From Planctomycetota bacterium (GTDB taxonomy: Bacteria > Planctomycetota > SZUA-567 > H5-PLA8), in the NCBI GenBank assembly GCA_038227875.1, contig JBBRPR010000049.1, forward strand, positions 1 to 64,000: a stretch of DNA of 64,000 bases, in the 5' to 3' direction. Below the pieces are notes generated by a model. It did no database searches, was not told the DNA's origin, and worked only from the letters and a program-made list of their open reading frames with translations. A program made the position numbers and the translations under genes. Positions 38,239 through 47,808 of this stretch are shown piece by piece. Position 1 is the first letter of the stretch; every line of letters begins with the position of its first letter.

Positions 38239-38728
38239 AAGCAGTACCGCAGGTGAGATGCTCGTCCCTATAATTGTATGCAAGTTATTGCTCACGCACT
38301 CGTTCATTGAGGAGTGGGCAGCGTGGCGATGGTTCACTCCTTCGATGAAATGACAAACGTGACCTGTAAACTTTCCCCTATACAACTTGTCAATTTCTCA
38401 GATTCAGCTTTAACTCCAACTTTTCATCATCTCAGACATTGCGACACCACTCAACGTGCGTGCGAATGCGGTGAGACTTTTTTAGACAAGGGCTGGCGAT
38501 CTTTGCGCCAAATTCCGGCTGAATTTTTCGACGTAAAGGCAGCTTCGGAAGGCTATTACAATTTGTTCTCCGGGTGTATTCAAATTAATGCTAGATTTTT
38601 ATTCACATTAGCTTGGGGTTTGCACAATGGGCTAGTAGAGTTTGCATCCTGCAACAAATTCCGTGCACGTGGTGTTGAAAACGTCGAGTAAGCGTGCAGT
38701 CAAGTCGGGCTGCATCGGGAGTGCTTCT

Positions 38729-41700
38729 GTGGCTGAAAGCAAGGTGATTGCGGGTTTCGAGATCATCACCAAGGTGGGCCAGGGCGGCATGGGTGCCGTT
38801 TTCAAGGCCAAGCAGATCAGCATGCAGCGTGAAGTCGCGCTGAAGATTCTGCGTCCGAACCTGGCGACGAACGAAGCCTTCAAACTGCGCTTCCTGCGCG
38901 AAGCGCGCCTCTGCGCCAAGCTCAACCATCCCAACATCATCAACGGCATCGACTGCGGCGAAGAAGGCAAGTACGCGTATTTCGCGATGGAATTCGTGGA
39001 CGGCGAAACCGTCCGTATGGTCCTGAAAAAGCGCGGCCGCATCAATCTCAAAGAGTCGACCTCGATCATCCGGCAGATTGCCGAAGCGCTGGCGTACATC
39101 CACAAAAACAACATGGTCCACCGCGACGTCAAGCCGGACAACATCATGCTGGATTCCTCCGGCGCGGCGAAACTCTGCGACCTGGGCCTGGCCAAATTGT
39201 CGCAGGGTTCGGAAGACAACGAAGAAGGCGCCGAAGGCAGCGAAGACGATCCGATGCTGACCCGCGCGGGACAGGCGGTCGGCACGCCGTTTTACATGGC
39301 CCCGGAAGTCGCGCGTGGCAGCCCGAACGTGGACATCCGCGCGGACATTTACTGCCTGGGCGCGACGTTCTATCACATTGTCACCGGCTGGCCGGCGTTC
39401 GATGGCAAGGTCGGCAAGATCGTGATGAAGCGCCACATCAACGACGAAGCGCCGAGCATCTGCGAACGCAGCCGCGAAGTGACTGAAGCGTGGGGCTGGA
39501 TCTGTGCGAAGATGATGGCCAAGTCCCCCGACGACCGCTACCGCGATCCGAAGGAACTACTGGCTGATATCGACGCCGCTCTGGAGGGCAAACCCGTCAA
39601 GGCGATGGGCTTCAAGGCGAAGTCCTCCTGCCTGCCGCCGGGCAAGTCCGCCAAGAAAACCATGGGCGAATCGAAGCCGTCGATGGCCAAGGTGACGGCG
39701 GCGACCTCCGAGCGTTCCGATACGAAAAAGGTCTCTCCCGTTTCCAGCCGCACGGTGGCACCGGGCTCCGCGCGCGGCATCCGCGCGGAACGCTCGGACA
39801 AATCAGACCGCCTGGAGCGTTCAGATAAATCAGACCGCCTGGAAAGCGCCGACGGCGAGTACCGGCCGCGCGCGGCCCGGACGGCCGGAAAGAAAAACGA
39901 CGCCGGCACGATGATTGGTCTGGCTGTCGGCGGCGTGGCGCTGCTGATTGCATTGATCGTGCTGGGCAGTGGCGGCGGCTCGAGCACGCCGGTGCGCCTG
40001 CCGGAGCCGAAGAAGTCGGCCACGGAATTTGATCCGTTGCCGCAACTCACCCCCGCGGCAAATACGCGGCCTTCCACTCCCGCCACACCAAAGCTGGCGC
40101 CGGCCACGGCGAACAAAGAAGGCCCCGTCGCGGTTTCGCCGGCGATGGCCGACGCTCCGGCGCACGGCAATGCCGGCGGAGCGCTGGACAAGGCGCAGGA
40201 CCTGGAAAAGAAGAATCCGATGAACTTCATCGAGATTCTTCCCGCGTATGCCGAAGCCAGCATGCTCAATGAAAAGAGCGCGCAGTTGCCGGCGATTGAA
40301 GCGGCTCAAAAAGTGGCGCTGGAACGCTGGAAGTCGGCCTTCGACGCGGCAGTGAAACCGATGCAGGAAAAGTCAACCGCTCTCGCGGCGAAAAACGACT
40401 TCACCGCGGCCGCCGCCGCCTTCAACAACGACAACATTCCCGAAAACCTGCGCGCGGCAGATTGGGCCGATCGCATGGAAAAACTGCGCAGCGCCGTGAC
40501 GGACGCTTCAGAAGGCCTTGGCGCGAAGTTGCTCAAGGACGCTGAAGAGAAGGCTGCCAAGGGCGACTCGAAAAGCATGGCTGAGGCGGTGGAACTGGCC
40601 GAAAAAGCCGAGGCCAGCGCAGCAGGCTCGCGTTCGGCCTCAAAGGCTGCAGCGCTGAAAAAAGAGTGGGCGCCGAAGCTCGCCGTGATCCGCGCGCAGG
40701 AAAGCGCTGCGCGCAACGAAAAGCTGATCGCGCTGATACCGCTGGTTCCGGCCTTGCGCTCGCGTATCGCGCCGACATTGAAGCGCAACGATTATGCCGC
40801 CACGCTGGATCTGCTTAACCGCGCCGCCAGCGACAAGGAATTCGCCGACGCGGCGGTCCTGATTCAAAAAGAGAAAGACGACGTCGCGGCGCTGCAGGCG
40901 CTTCGCAAGAGCGCCATCGAACACCTGCGCGCACAGGCCGGCAAGCCGGTGAAGCTGATCCGCGGCGCGGCCACCGTCGGCGGCGATCTGAGCGACGCGC
41001 CACAAGTTCAGGGCGTTGCGCTCAAGGTTGACGGCGCCAACATGACCTTCACGCCCGAACAGTTGGACCCGCGCGACGTGGAGGCCAACACGCCCGTGGA
41101 TTCCGGTGCCAGGGCCGCCGAGGATCTGCGCCGTCACGCGCTGCTGTTCATGGCCGCGGGAATTCCGGCCAAGGCGCGTGAGTTCTTCGGCAAGGCGCAG
41201 CAGGCCGGCTTGAGCGAGCCGCTCGACGGGTACTTAAAATATTTGGACTTGAGCGAGTTCGGCGAAAAGGAATTGGCCGCGCGCGATGCCTGGGCCGCCG
41301 CCGAGAAGTTGTACGCCGAAAAGAAACTCCCCGAATTGAAGACCGCATACCAGGCGTTCCAGAAGCAGTTTGCCGGCACGAAAACCCTCGCCGAGCAGAC
41401 GGCGCTGATCCGCACGCGCCTGGCCGAAGTGGACGCTGCAAGCGCGCCTGCCACACCGCCGACACCAGCCGGCGAAGCAACGAAGCCCGCCGTTGCCGAC
41501 ACGAAAGCCGATGGCCCGGTGCTGCCGGATACGCTCTTCCTGTCGGATCTGCACGAACTCGAAGCCCGCGTGGGACTCAAGGACTTCGGGAAAAAAGGCC
41601 AGATGATGATGACCTCGCCGGCGTCGAAGATTTCCGTCGGCGGCGAAGAATCGCCCAACGGCTTGTTCACGCATCCCCCGAGCAACGGCAAGGCATACGT

Positions 41701-42001
41701 GCTCTACAAACTGCCCAAGCAGCAAGGCTACAAGACTTTCAAGGGTTCCGTGGGCATCGACGATTCAAGCCTGGGCCTGAAGAACAATCAGACCTCGACG
41801 CAGTTCAAAAAGAACGCGCTGATCTTTAAGATCTACGGCGATGACAAGCTGCTCTGGGACTCGACAGTTTCGGAAGTGGGTAAGTCGGAGCAGTTCGACG
41901 TCGATATTTCCAGCGTCGATAAATTGGAACTGCGCGTCGACTGCAAATTCAGCAACAGCGGCGCACTCGCCTGCTGGCTGGAACCGCGATTGGTGAAGTA
42001 G
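38729..42001 (+). CDS. membrane Ser/Thr protein kinase with C-terminal NPCBM/NEW2-like domain
   Basis: GQGGMG, VALK, HRDVKPDN, DLG, GTPFYMAPE; TM segment; C-terminal FLSDL..GLFTHPP..F.GSVGIDD..FKIYGD..LEPRL. Confidence 0.92.
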   Translation: MAESKVIAGFEIITKVGQGGMGAVFKAKQISMQREVALKILRPNLATNEAFKLRFLREARLCAKLNHPNIINGIDCGEEGKYAYFAMEFVDGETVRMVLKKRGRINLKESTSIIRQIAEALAYIHKNNMVHRDVKPDNIMLDSSGAAKLCDLGLAKLSQGSEDNEEGAEGSEDDPMLTRAGQAVGTPFYMAPEVARGSPNVDIRADIYCLGATFYHIVTGWPAFDGKVGKIVMKRHINDEAPSICERSREVTEAWGWICAKMMAKSPDDRYRDPKELLADIDAALEGKPVKAMGFKAKSSCLPPGKSAKKTMGESKPSMAKVTAATSERSDTKKVSPVSSRTVAPGSARGIRAERSDKSDRLERSDKSDRLESADGEYRPRAARTAGKKNDAGTMIGLAVGGVALLIALIVLGSGGGSSTPVRLPEPKKSATEFDPLPQLTPAANTRPSTPATPKLAPATANKEGPVAVSPAMADAPAHGNAGGALDKAQDLEKKNPMNFIEILPAYAEASMLNEKSAQLPAIEAAQKVALERWKSAFDAAVKPMQEKSTALAAKNDFTAAAAAFNNDNIPENLRAADWADRMEKLRSAVTDASEGLGAKLLKDAEEKAAKGDSKSMAEAVELAEKAEASAAGSRSASKAAALKKEWAPKLAVIRAQESAARNEKLIALIPLVPALRSRIAPTLKRNDYAATLDLLNRAASDKEFADAAVLIQKEKDDVAALQALRKSAIEHLRAQAGKPVKLIRGAATVGGDLSDAPQVQGVALKVDGANMTFTPEQLDPRDVEANTPVDSGARAAEDLRRHALLFMAAGIPAKAREFFGKAQQAGLSEPLDGYLKYLDLSEFGEKELAARDAWAAAEKLYAEKKLPELKTAYQAFQKQFAGTKTLAEQTALIRTRLAEVDAASAPATPPTPAGEATKPAVADTKADGPVLPDTLFLSDLHELEARVGLKDFGKKGQMMMTSPASKISVGGEESPNGLFTHPPSNGKAYVLYKLPKQQGYKTFKGSVGIDDSSLGLKNNQTSTQFKKNALIFKIYGDDKLLWDSTVSEVGKSEQFDVDISSVDKLELRVDCKFSNSGALACWLEPRLVK
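39788..39841 (+). repeat. 27-bp in-frame tandem duplication (ERSDKSDRL x2)
   Basis: gaacgctcggacaaatcagaccgcctg followed by gagcgttcagataaatcagaccgcctg. Confidence 0.85.
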
Positions 42002-42005
42002 TAGT

Positions 42006-42134
42006 GGCTCTTGGCTCTTGGGATCCTGTCGGGGCAAGTTGGTGCCCCAGGCACGGACGCCTCAGAGCGTAGCGAAAATCCGTCCGTGCCAGTGGCACCA
42101 CTTATCCCAACAGGCCTCCCAAGGGCCAAGAGCC
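42006..42134. repeat. long imperfect inverted repeat (REPIN/MITE-like, ~54-bp arms)
   Basis: Left arm ggctcttggctcttggga..tggtgcc..ggcacggacg (42006-42059) pairs with cgtccgtgccagtggcacca..tcccaagggccaagagcc (42081-42134). Confidence 0.85.
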
Positions 42135-42141
42135 GCCGTTT

Positions 42142-42960
42142 CTACGGCTCCCGGACTCTCGCGAGCAGCAGCTTCTTTCCGTCCTCTGATAATCCCAGGC
42201 TGTCGATCTCTTTCTTCAAGTTGCTGAGCGCACCGTAGCCGGAGAGGTACGAATTCACCCGCGCGGCGGCGGTGGAATTCACGAGGTCGGCATCGTTGGG
42301 ATAGATCGCCTGGTATTCGGCAAGCACGGAGTCGAAGTTGCGGAGCGCGTGCTTCTGGTGATAGTCCTCCGCCAGAGTGAATTTCTCCGCGGGAACGATG
42401 TCGGTGAGCACCTTGCCGCTCGTCGCCGCGAGTCGGTCACGGCTGTCGAGGGCCAGGCGTTTCTGCTCGTCGCCGTGGTAAAAAATGGCAGACTTGTACT
42501 GCACGCTGTACGCGGCGCGGCAGGGATTGTGCATGCCCCAGAAGTAATCGAGCATCTTCGCGTACGAGATTACGCTGGGATCGAAATCGATTTCGATCGT
42601 CTCCGAGTGATCGCCGAGATCGTGGTAAGTGGGATCGGATTTCTTGCCGCCCGCATAACCCACGCGGGTGCGGACGACGCCGGGGATACTCCCAAACTGG
42701 GAGTCTGGGGTCCAGAATCACCCCATGGCGAACGTGGCGGTTTCGATTTTCTTTGGCGCGGCGAGATCGATTGGCGGGATCGCGTGCGCCAGCTTGGCGG
42801 GAGTGGGCATGCCGGGCTTCTCCTGTGGTGTGGGTGATGGTTCATCTTGTTGTGTGGCGACGTTGCGTTGATGTTGCGGGCGGTCCGCGAGCACAACCGC
42901 CGCTCCGATCAAGACGACGGCGGCGGCTCCGGCAACACTGCGCAGTGGGAATCGGGCCAT
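42142..42960 (-). CDS. msrA: peptide methionine-S-sulfoxide reductase A, probable selenoprotein (UGA read as Sec), with N-terminal signal/anchor
   Basis: ORFs 42718..42984 and 42142..42663 are one frame: ATFAMG-TGA-FWTPDSQFGSIPGVVRTRVGYAGG...HSE...AEDYHQK; the TGA replaces the Cys of GCFW. Confidence 0.9.
42688..42704 (-). promoter_or_regulatory. putative bacterial SECIS hairpin
   Basis: ACUCCCA-GUU-UGGGAGU stem-loop starting 13 nt after the in-frame UGA, with a G in the apical loop. Confidence 0.65.
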
Positions 42961-43137
42961 GGGCGGTCTCTCTCCTGGATCCACCTTTATATGTCAGAAT
43001 CGGAATCCAGTATTCCGGGTTCCGCAGCCTCGCAATGTGCTGAAGTGCATTGTACTCACGTCGTATCTGCGTACAGTCACGGATTCTGTTTTTGGCACGT
43101 CGTCGGTTCCAGATTTTCCGGCCCCGGACGCAGTTGA

Positions 43138-44514
43138 ATGAGCGATACCCTTTCGGACGCACGCGATCCGGCGATGAAGACGGGTGCTTTCGGTGCGTGG
43201 AGCCAGCTGCCGCTATTCGTGCGGATTCTCATCGGCATGGTGCTGGGCATCGCCGCCGGATTCATCTTTGGCGAAAAAGCCGCGTACCTGAAAATTCCCA
43301 GCACCGTCATCCTGCGCGTGCTCGGCGCGCTGGCCCCGCCGCTGATTTTTGTCGCGGTGATCAACGTCCTGTTGCACACGGAGCTCAAAGGGCGCGTGGC
43401 CTGGCGACTGGGCGGCTTACTGATCTTGAATACGATGGTCGCGATCAGCATCGGACTGGTCGTGGCGAACGTCGTCCGCCCCGGCGAACGCACGCACATG
43501 CCGCCTCCATCGGACAAGAGCCCCGTCGATCCCGATCCGCAGGCGCAGTCGATTTTAAACATTCTCAAGAGTCACGGCTTCAAACCGGAGGATTCGAAAA
43601 AATCGGATCCTCTCAACCAGGTGCTGGATAACGTCCCGAAAAGCATTCTCGGCCCGCTTGGCGACGACGGCAGCGTCATCGGCGTGATCTTCCTGGCGAT
43701 GGCCTTTGGCATTGCGCTGCGCACGGTCCGCGAGCGGCACATCCACAAAGTCGGCGACCTGATTGAGGTGTTTTATCAATCGCTGCTGGTCGTGCTCAAC
43801 TGGGTGATCGCCTTTGTGCCGCTGGGCGTGTTTGGCATTGTCGCCAGCATCGTTGGCGGCAAGCGCGGCTTTGAGTTGTTCATGGGATTGGCATCGTTCA
43901 TTGTCGCAGTGATTCTCGGGCTGTCGTTGCAGGGGATGTACTATCTCGTCCGCGTGAAGTTGGGGTCGTGGGTGCGGCCGCTGGATCTCATGCGCGGCTG
44001 CCGCGACGCGCTGGTGATGGCGTTTTCAACCGGCAGCTCGACGGCGACGATGCCGGTGACATATTCGAATCTGCGCGAGCGCGTCGGCTTGCGCGAGGAG
44101 TCGGCGAGCCTCGGCGCTCTGGTCGGCACGAATTTCAACAACGATGGTACGGCCTTGTACGAAGCGATGTCGGCGCTCTTCATCTCGCAGATGCTCATTT
44201 CGCAGGGCCTGATGGCGCCGCTCTCAATGACCCAGCAGCTCATCGTGGTGCTGACCTCGATTGTCGCCTCGGTCGGCGCGGCCGGAATTCCGGAGGCGGG
44301 GCTGGTGACGATGACGCTGGTCTTCAAGGCCGTCGGCCTGCCCACGGAGTACATCGCGCTGCTCCTGACCGTCGACTGGTTTTTGGACCGCTGCCGCACG
44401 ATGATCAACGTGATGGGCGATATGAATGTGAGCTGCATGCTCGACGGCCGCGTCCGCGAAGTGCGGACGCCGGCCACGCCAATTTCGTCCACACCTCAAG
44501 CAGCGCTTCAGTAG
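43138..44514 (+). CDS. dicarboxylate/amino acid:cation symporter (SDF/GltP family)
   Basis: AFSTGSSTATMP, NNDGTALYE, SVGAAGIP, DWFLDRCRT..NV.GD. Confidence 0.93.
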   Translation: MSDTLSDARDPAMKTGAFGAWSQLPLFVRILIGMVLGIAAGFIFGEKAAYLKIPSTVILRVLGALAPPLIFVAVINVLLHTELKGRVAWRLGGLLILNTMVAISIGLVVANVVRPGERTHMPPPSDKSPVDPDPQAQSILNILKSHGFKPEDSKKSDPLNQVLDNVPKSILGPLGDDGSVIGVIFLAMAFGIALRTVRERHIHKVGDLIEVFYQSLLVVLNWVIAFVPLGVFGIVASIVGGKRGFELFMGLASFIVAVILGLSLQGMYYLVRVKLGSWVRPLDLMRGCRDALVMAFSTGSSTATMPVTYSNLRERVGLREESASLGALVGTNFNNDGTALYEAMSALFISQMLISQGLMAPLSMTQQLIVVLTSIVASVGAAGIPEAGLVTMTLVFKAVGLPTEYIALLLTVDWFLDRCRTMINVMGDMNVSCMLDGRVREVRTPATPISSTPQAALQ

Positions 44515-47405
44515 CCTTTCTGGTTGTAGTCATCCACGGGCTTCGGCGGCTTGGGCGATTCCACGTTGCCGTTTTTGGCGAGTTCGCAATACCACGGAAG
44601 CGGCGGTACTGCGATCTTCCCGGACTTGGCGGCCTCGTCGATCACAGCCATGGCGCGCCGCGCGGTGACCGGGTCGTTGACCGAAAGCCAGCGTCCGCGA
44701 ATGACGACTGGCGCAAGTCCCACACCTTGTTTGGCGACGTCGGCAAGCGCGGCGACCAGTTCGGCCTCGCTGGTGCCGGCCTTCAGGGCTGGGCGCAGGT
44801 CGAGAAGCGTGGGATGCAGCACTGAAAAAGTCATGGTCGACTTGGTGATCAGGATGCCTTCGTCCAAGTCCAGGGAGAGCTTGGCCGCATTGCAGAGGGC
44901 GATCAGCGCGTCCTTTCCGGTCGCCGCATTGCCGGGCCAGCCGTCCGGTGCGGGAATGCGAGCGTAATCCATTGCGGCCACCTTGGGATCCACCATCAAT
45001 TTCACAGAGGCCGCTTTGTTCAGCAGTTCGATCCCTTCAAGAATGGTAGGTCGTTTTGCGGGCGGTGTGAGCTGCAATGGCTCCTCGAGTTTTGCTAGAG
45101 CCGTCTGTATAGGGAGTGGCAGCATCGCACGCGAGGGAATCTCGGCAAAGCCATTCAGGAATTCCGCGCAGCCACCGGTCTCAACGCCGATGACGTCAAT
45201 TTTCCCCGGGCCCAGCACAGTGCATGGCGTTTCGTTGAGCGCCTTGAATCCGTTCAGGTGGTCGGCCTTCATCGGGAGCGTGGTGTCAAGCGACCATGTC
45301 CTGATTGTAGAGGCGATGGCTTCGGTCTCTGCCTGCGTCCACGGACATTCGTTGGGCTCGGCAGGCAATTCAATTTTGCGAGTCTCGGGGCGGGTGAGCT
45401 GATGGACCCGCTTGGGATCCATCACCACGAGTGTCCGGCCGATCGTTATTTTCTCCAGGTTGGACAACCGCAGAATCCAATCTAGCGCCAGATCGCAGCT
45501 CATTTCCGATACGCGAAGATTGATGTTGACGAGTGAGGGGCTGTTGGAATCGACGAGGACTGGGTCGATGATGATGACTGTCTCACTGTGATCGGCGATC
45601 TGGGTAATGGCCTGTGCAATTGGCACGTCAACAAATTCAAAGGAGATCTTACGGTTCGTAAGTACCGCCTTGATTTCAGGATCGGCGGAAGGCACTGCCG
45701 ACGCATCATGGTCCGCACGCTCCATCGCGATGAGCGTGTCCTTTGCTTCTTCGGCCAGGGACTTCTGTCCGGGCGGCTCGTCGGCCAGTGCATTCCAGCC
45801 GTTGACGCTGACATGCGGGAGCAGTTTGCGCAGTTCTTCGCGCTTCTGCAATTTTTCCTGGGAGTTGCCCAGCGAGAGCGTCTTCACGTTTTTGGGCAGG
45901 AGCTGCGGATTGGCAAGAATGTCGGAGGCGCTGACCTCGGATTCGCGGATGTCGATCCGCTCCAGTGCCGGCAGTTGGGCCAGTTGCGCCAGAGTCTCCC
46001 TGCTGATCCGGCCGCTGAAGGATTTCAGTTTCGTCAGTTTCATCAGTGGCATTGCGGCGGCGGTGGAAATATTTCCCGGGAGAGCCAGGTCTGTCAGTTC
46101 GGGAAGGCTGGCGGCCGCGGCAATCAATTCATCCGTCGATTTTCCGGAGTGGATTTTCAGGCGTTCAAGTCCGTGAAGTTTTTTGAGCGCAGCGATCTTC
46201 TCTGAAGCGCTGGGGGCCTCATACAGGGTTAGTGACTTCAACTGGGAAATCGACGCGAGATCCGAAAAAATCGTCGGTGTCAGCGTGGCATCGTCAAGAG
46301 AGGACAAGTCCACCCCGGGGATCTCGGCCGCACGAACTTCAGCCAGCACCTGCTCAATAGCGGGTGGATTGGGATAGTTGGCTGAAATCTCCCAGATACC
46401 ATCGTCGGGCAAACGGATTCCCGACTCGGTCCACCACGGCGTCCGGCCGAGTTCCTTGCGCACGCCGTCGACATCAGTTGAGACGCTGAGGGACAATGCC
46501 GAATTGAAGTACCGCGCCTTGCGGGAAGGCGCGGCGGCATTTCCGGCGGCAGGAATCACCGGCGAAACGGGAACCACCGGAGTGGCCATCGGCGCGGGCG
46601 CTGCGGGCGCGCGCTGGATTTGCGTCGCAGTGAAAACCAGGGCCGCGGTAATCAGCACGCCTCCAGCCAGCAGCGTTTTTCCAGTGAGCAGCGTGGCCCC
46701 GCCCTTTGTGGCGGCGGCGGTTGCCGTCGCGGCTCCCGCGATGGACTTGGCGGCGAGCGCGGATTTCAGCGCGGTTAGCAGCTCCGGACGGGCGGCTGCG
46801 CTGGCGGCCCATTTCTGAAGTTCCAACGCGAGCAGCGCCGGGGCGATGGTGTGGCCGTCGCCGGCGAGACTCTGTCGCAGCAGGTCCAGGCCGCGCGTGA
46901 TCAACGAGGCGGCGGTGCCTTCCGGTTTCTGCAATACCGCGGCGACTTCGCGGTAGGTGAGTCCCTGTTCGTAATGCAGGGAAAGGGCGGTGCGGTATTT
47001 TTCCTCCAGACCCTTGAAATGCTGTCTCAGCGCGACGACGGAATCGTCGGGTTGCGTTGCGGGTGTTGACGATAGAGCGGATTTCTCGGCGGCCATGGTT
47101 TTCTCCAAACGGCGGTGCGTGCTGCGATCCCGGAGCCAGTTCCGGGCGAGATTGGCCGCGATGGAGTAAAGCCACGTGCGGGGATTGTCGAGACGGTCCT
47201 TGTCCAGGCGCTGCAGCGCGCGGATGTAGGCGTCCTGAACGATGTCCTCCGCCGCGTGCGCGTCGTCGGTGATGCGCAGTGAAAGAAGGTAAACGCCCTG
47301 CCAATGCGCAAGCAGTTGTTCGCTGGGATTGGTGGCGGGCGCGTTGGCTGTCATCGGTTCATCCACGACGTTCACGTTGGGCTTGGAGCTTAATGACAAT
47401 TCCAT
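44508..47405 (-). CDS. ECF sigma factor fused to TM, leucine-rich repeats and STN/secretin-N-like domains
   Basis: AEDIVQDAY, WLYSIAAN, GLTYREVAAVL; Ala-rich linker plus TM; LxxLxxLxL repeats; ISFEFVDVPIAQAI...IIIDP...INLRVSEM..DLALDWIL; GGGAG RBS before ATG 47405. Confidence 0.85.
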   Translation of the reverse strand: MELSLSSKPNVNVVDEPMTANAPATNPSEQLLAHWQGVYLLSLRITDDAHAAEDIVQDAYIRALQRLDKDRLDNPRTWLYSIAANLARNWLRDRSTHRRLEKTMAAEKSALSSTPATQPDDSVVALRQHFKGLEEKYRTALSLHYEQGLTYREVAAVLQKPEGTAASLITRGLDLLRQSLAGDGHTIAPALLALELQKWAASAAARPELLTALKSALAAKSIAGAATATAAATKGGATLLTGKTLLAGGVLITAALVFTATQIQRAPAAPAPMATPVVPVSPVIPAAGNAAAPSRKARYFNSALSLSVSTDVDGVRKELGRTPWWTESGIRLPDDGIWEISANYPNPPAIEQVLAEVRAAEIPGVDLSSLDDATLTPTIFSDLASISQLKSLTLYEAPSASEKIAALKKLHGLERLKIHSGKSTDELIAAAASLPELTDLALPGNISTAAAMPLMKLTKLKSFSGRISRETLAQLAQLPALERIDIRESEVSASDILANPQLLPKNVKTLSLGNSQEKLQKREELRKLLPHVSVNGWNALADEPPGQKSLAEEAKDTLIAMERADHDASAVPSADPEIKAVLTNRKISFEFVDVPIAQAITQIADHSETVIIIDPVLVDSNSPSLVNINLRVSEMSCDLALDWILRLSNLEKITIGRTLVVMDPKRVHQLTRPETRKIELPAEPNECPWTQAETEAIASTIRTWSLDTTLPMKADHLNGFKALNETPCTVLGPGKIDVIGVETGGCAEFLNGFAEIPSRAMLPLPIQTALAKLEEPLQLTPPAKRPTILEGIELLNKAASVKLMVDPKVAAMDYARIPAPDGWPGNAATGKDALIALCNAAKLSLDLDEGILITKSTMTFSVLHPTLLDLRPALKAGTSEAELVAALADVAKQGVGLAPVVIRGRWLSVNDPVTARRAMAVIDEAAKSGKIAVPPLPWYCELAKNGNVESPKPPKPVDDYNQKGY

Positions 47406-47479
47406 GCGGTTGCTCCCTAAAAAAGGTCCGCCCAAGAGACCCGCAGGAGATTGGGTTGCATGCAGAATTTCACATTTTG

Positions 47480-47754
47480 GACCTTCGGGCCACGTGACCC
47501 GAAGGTCTGAATACGTCGGCATAAATTTATGCCGACGTCCGTGTGTTGAACATTCAGGCCCCCGGCCTGAATGTTGAGCATTGCTACAAAATGGACCCGC
47601 ATCCAAAGTCGAAATTTATTGATTAAGATCATACTGGTTAATGACTTGCAATATTTTAATTGGATCTCTTGAGAATTCATGGGCGAAACTTCGTTTGGTT
47701 CGATTGAATTGTGTGGGAAGCGATGGATACCACCCGGTAAATTTACCGGGTGGT
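47480..47754. promoter_or_regulatory. cluster of four palindromes between divergent ECF sigma genes
   Basis: 47480-47507 (near perfect), 47513-47538 (perfect, 26 bp), 47549-47575 (12-bp stem), 47729-47754 (perfect, 26 bp). Confidence 0.75.
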
Positions 47755-47808
47755 TAAAATCAGACATCTTTTCGCCGAATTCAACTTTAATGTGGCGGTT
47801 CCGAATTC

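Noticed and set aside
42142..42984. msrA as a nonsense pseudogene or as two separate ORFs
   Set aside because: The stop is TGA exactly at the catalytic Cys, both halves are intact and in frame, and a SECIS-like hairpin follows; Sec recoding explains this better.
47480..47754. Palindrome cluster as a CRISPR array or integron attC sites
   Set aside because: The units differ in sequence, there is no repeat-spacer periodicity, and no RYYYAAC/GTTRRRY ends or integrase are present.
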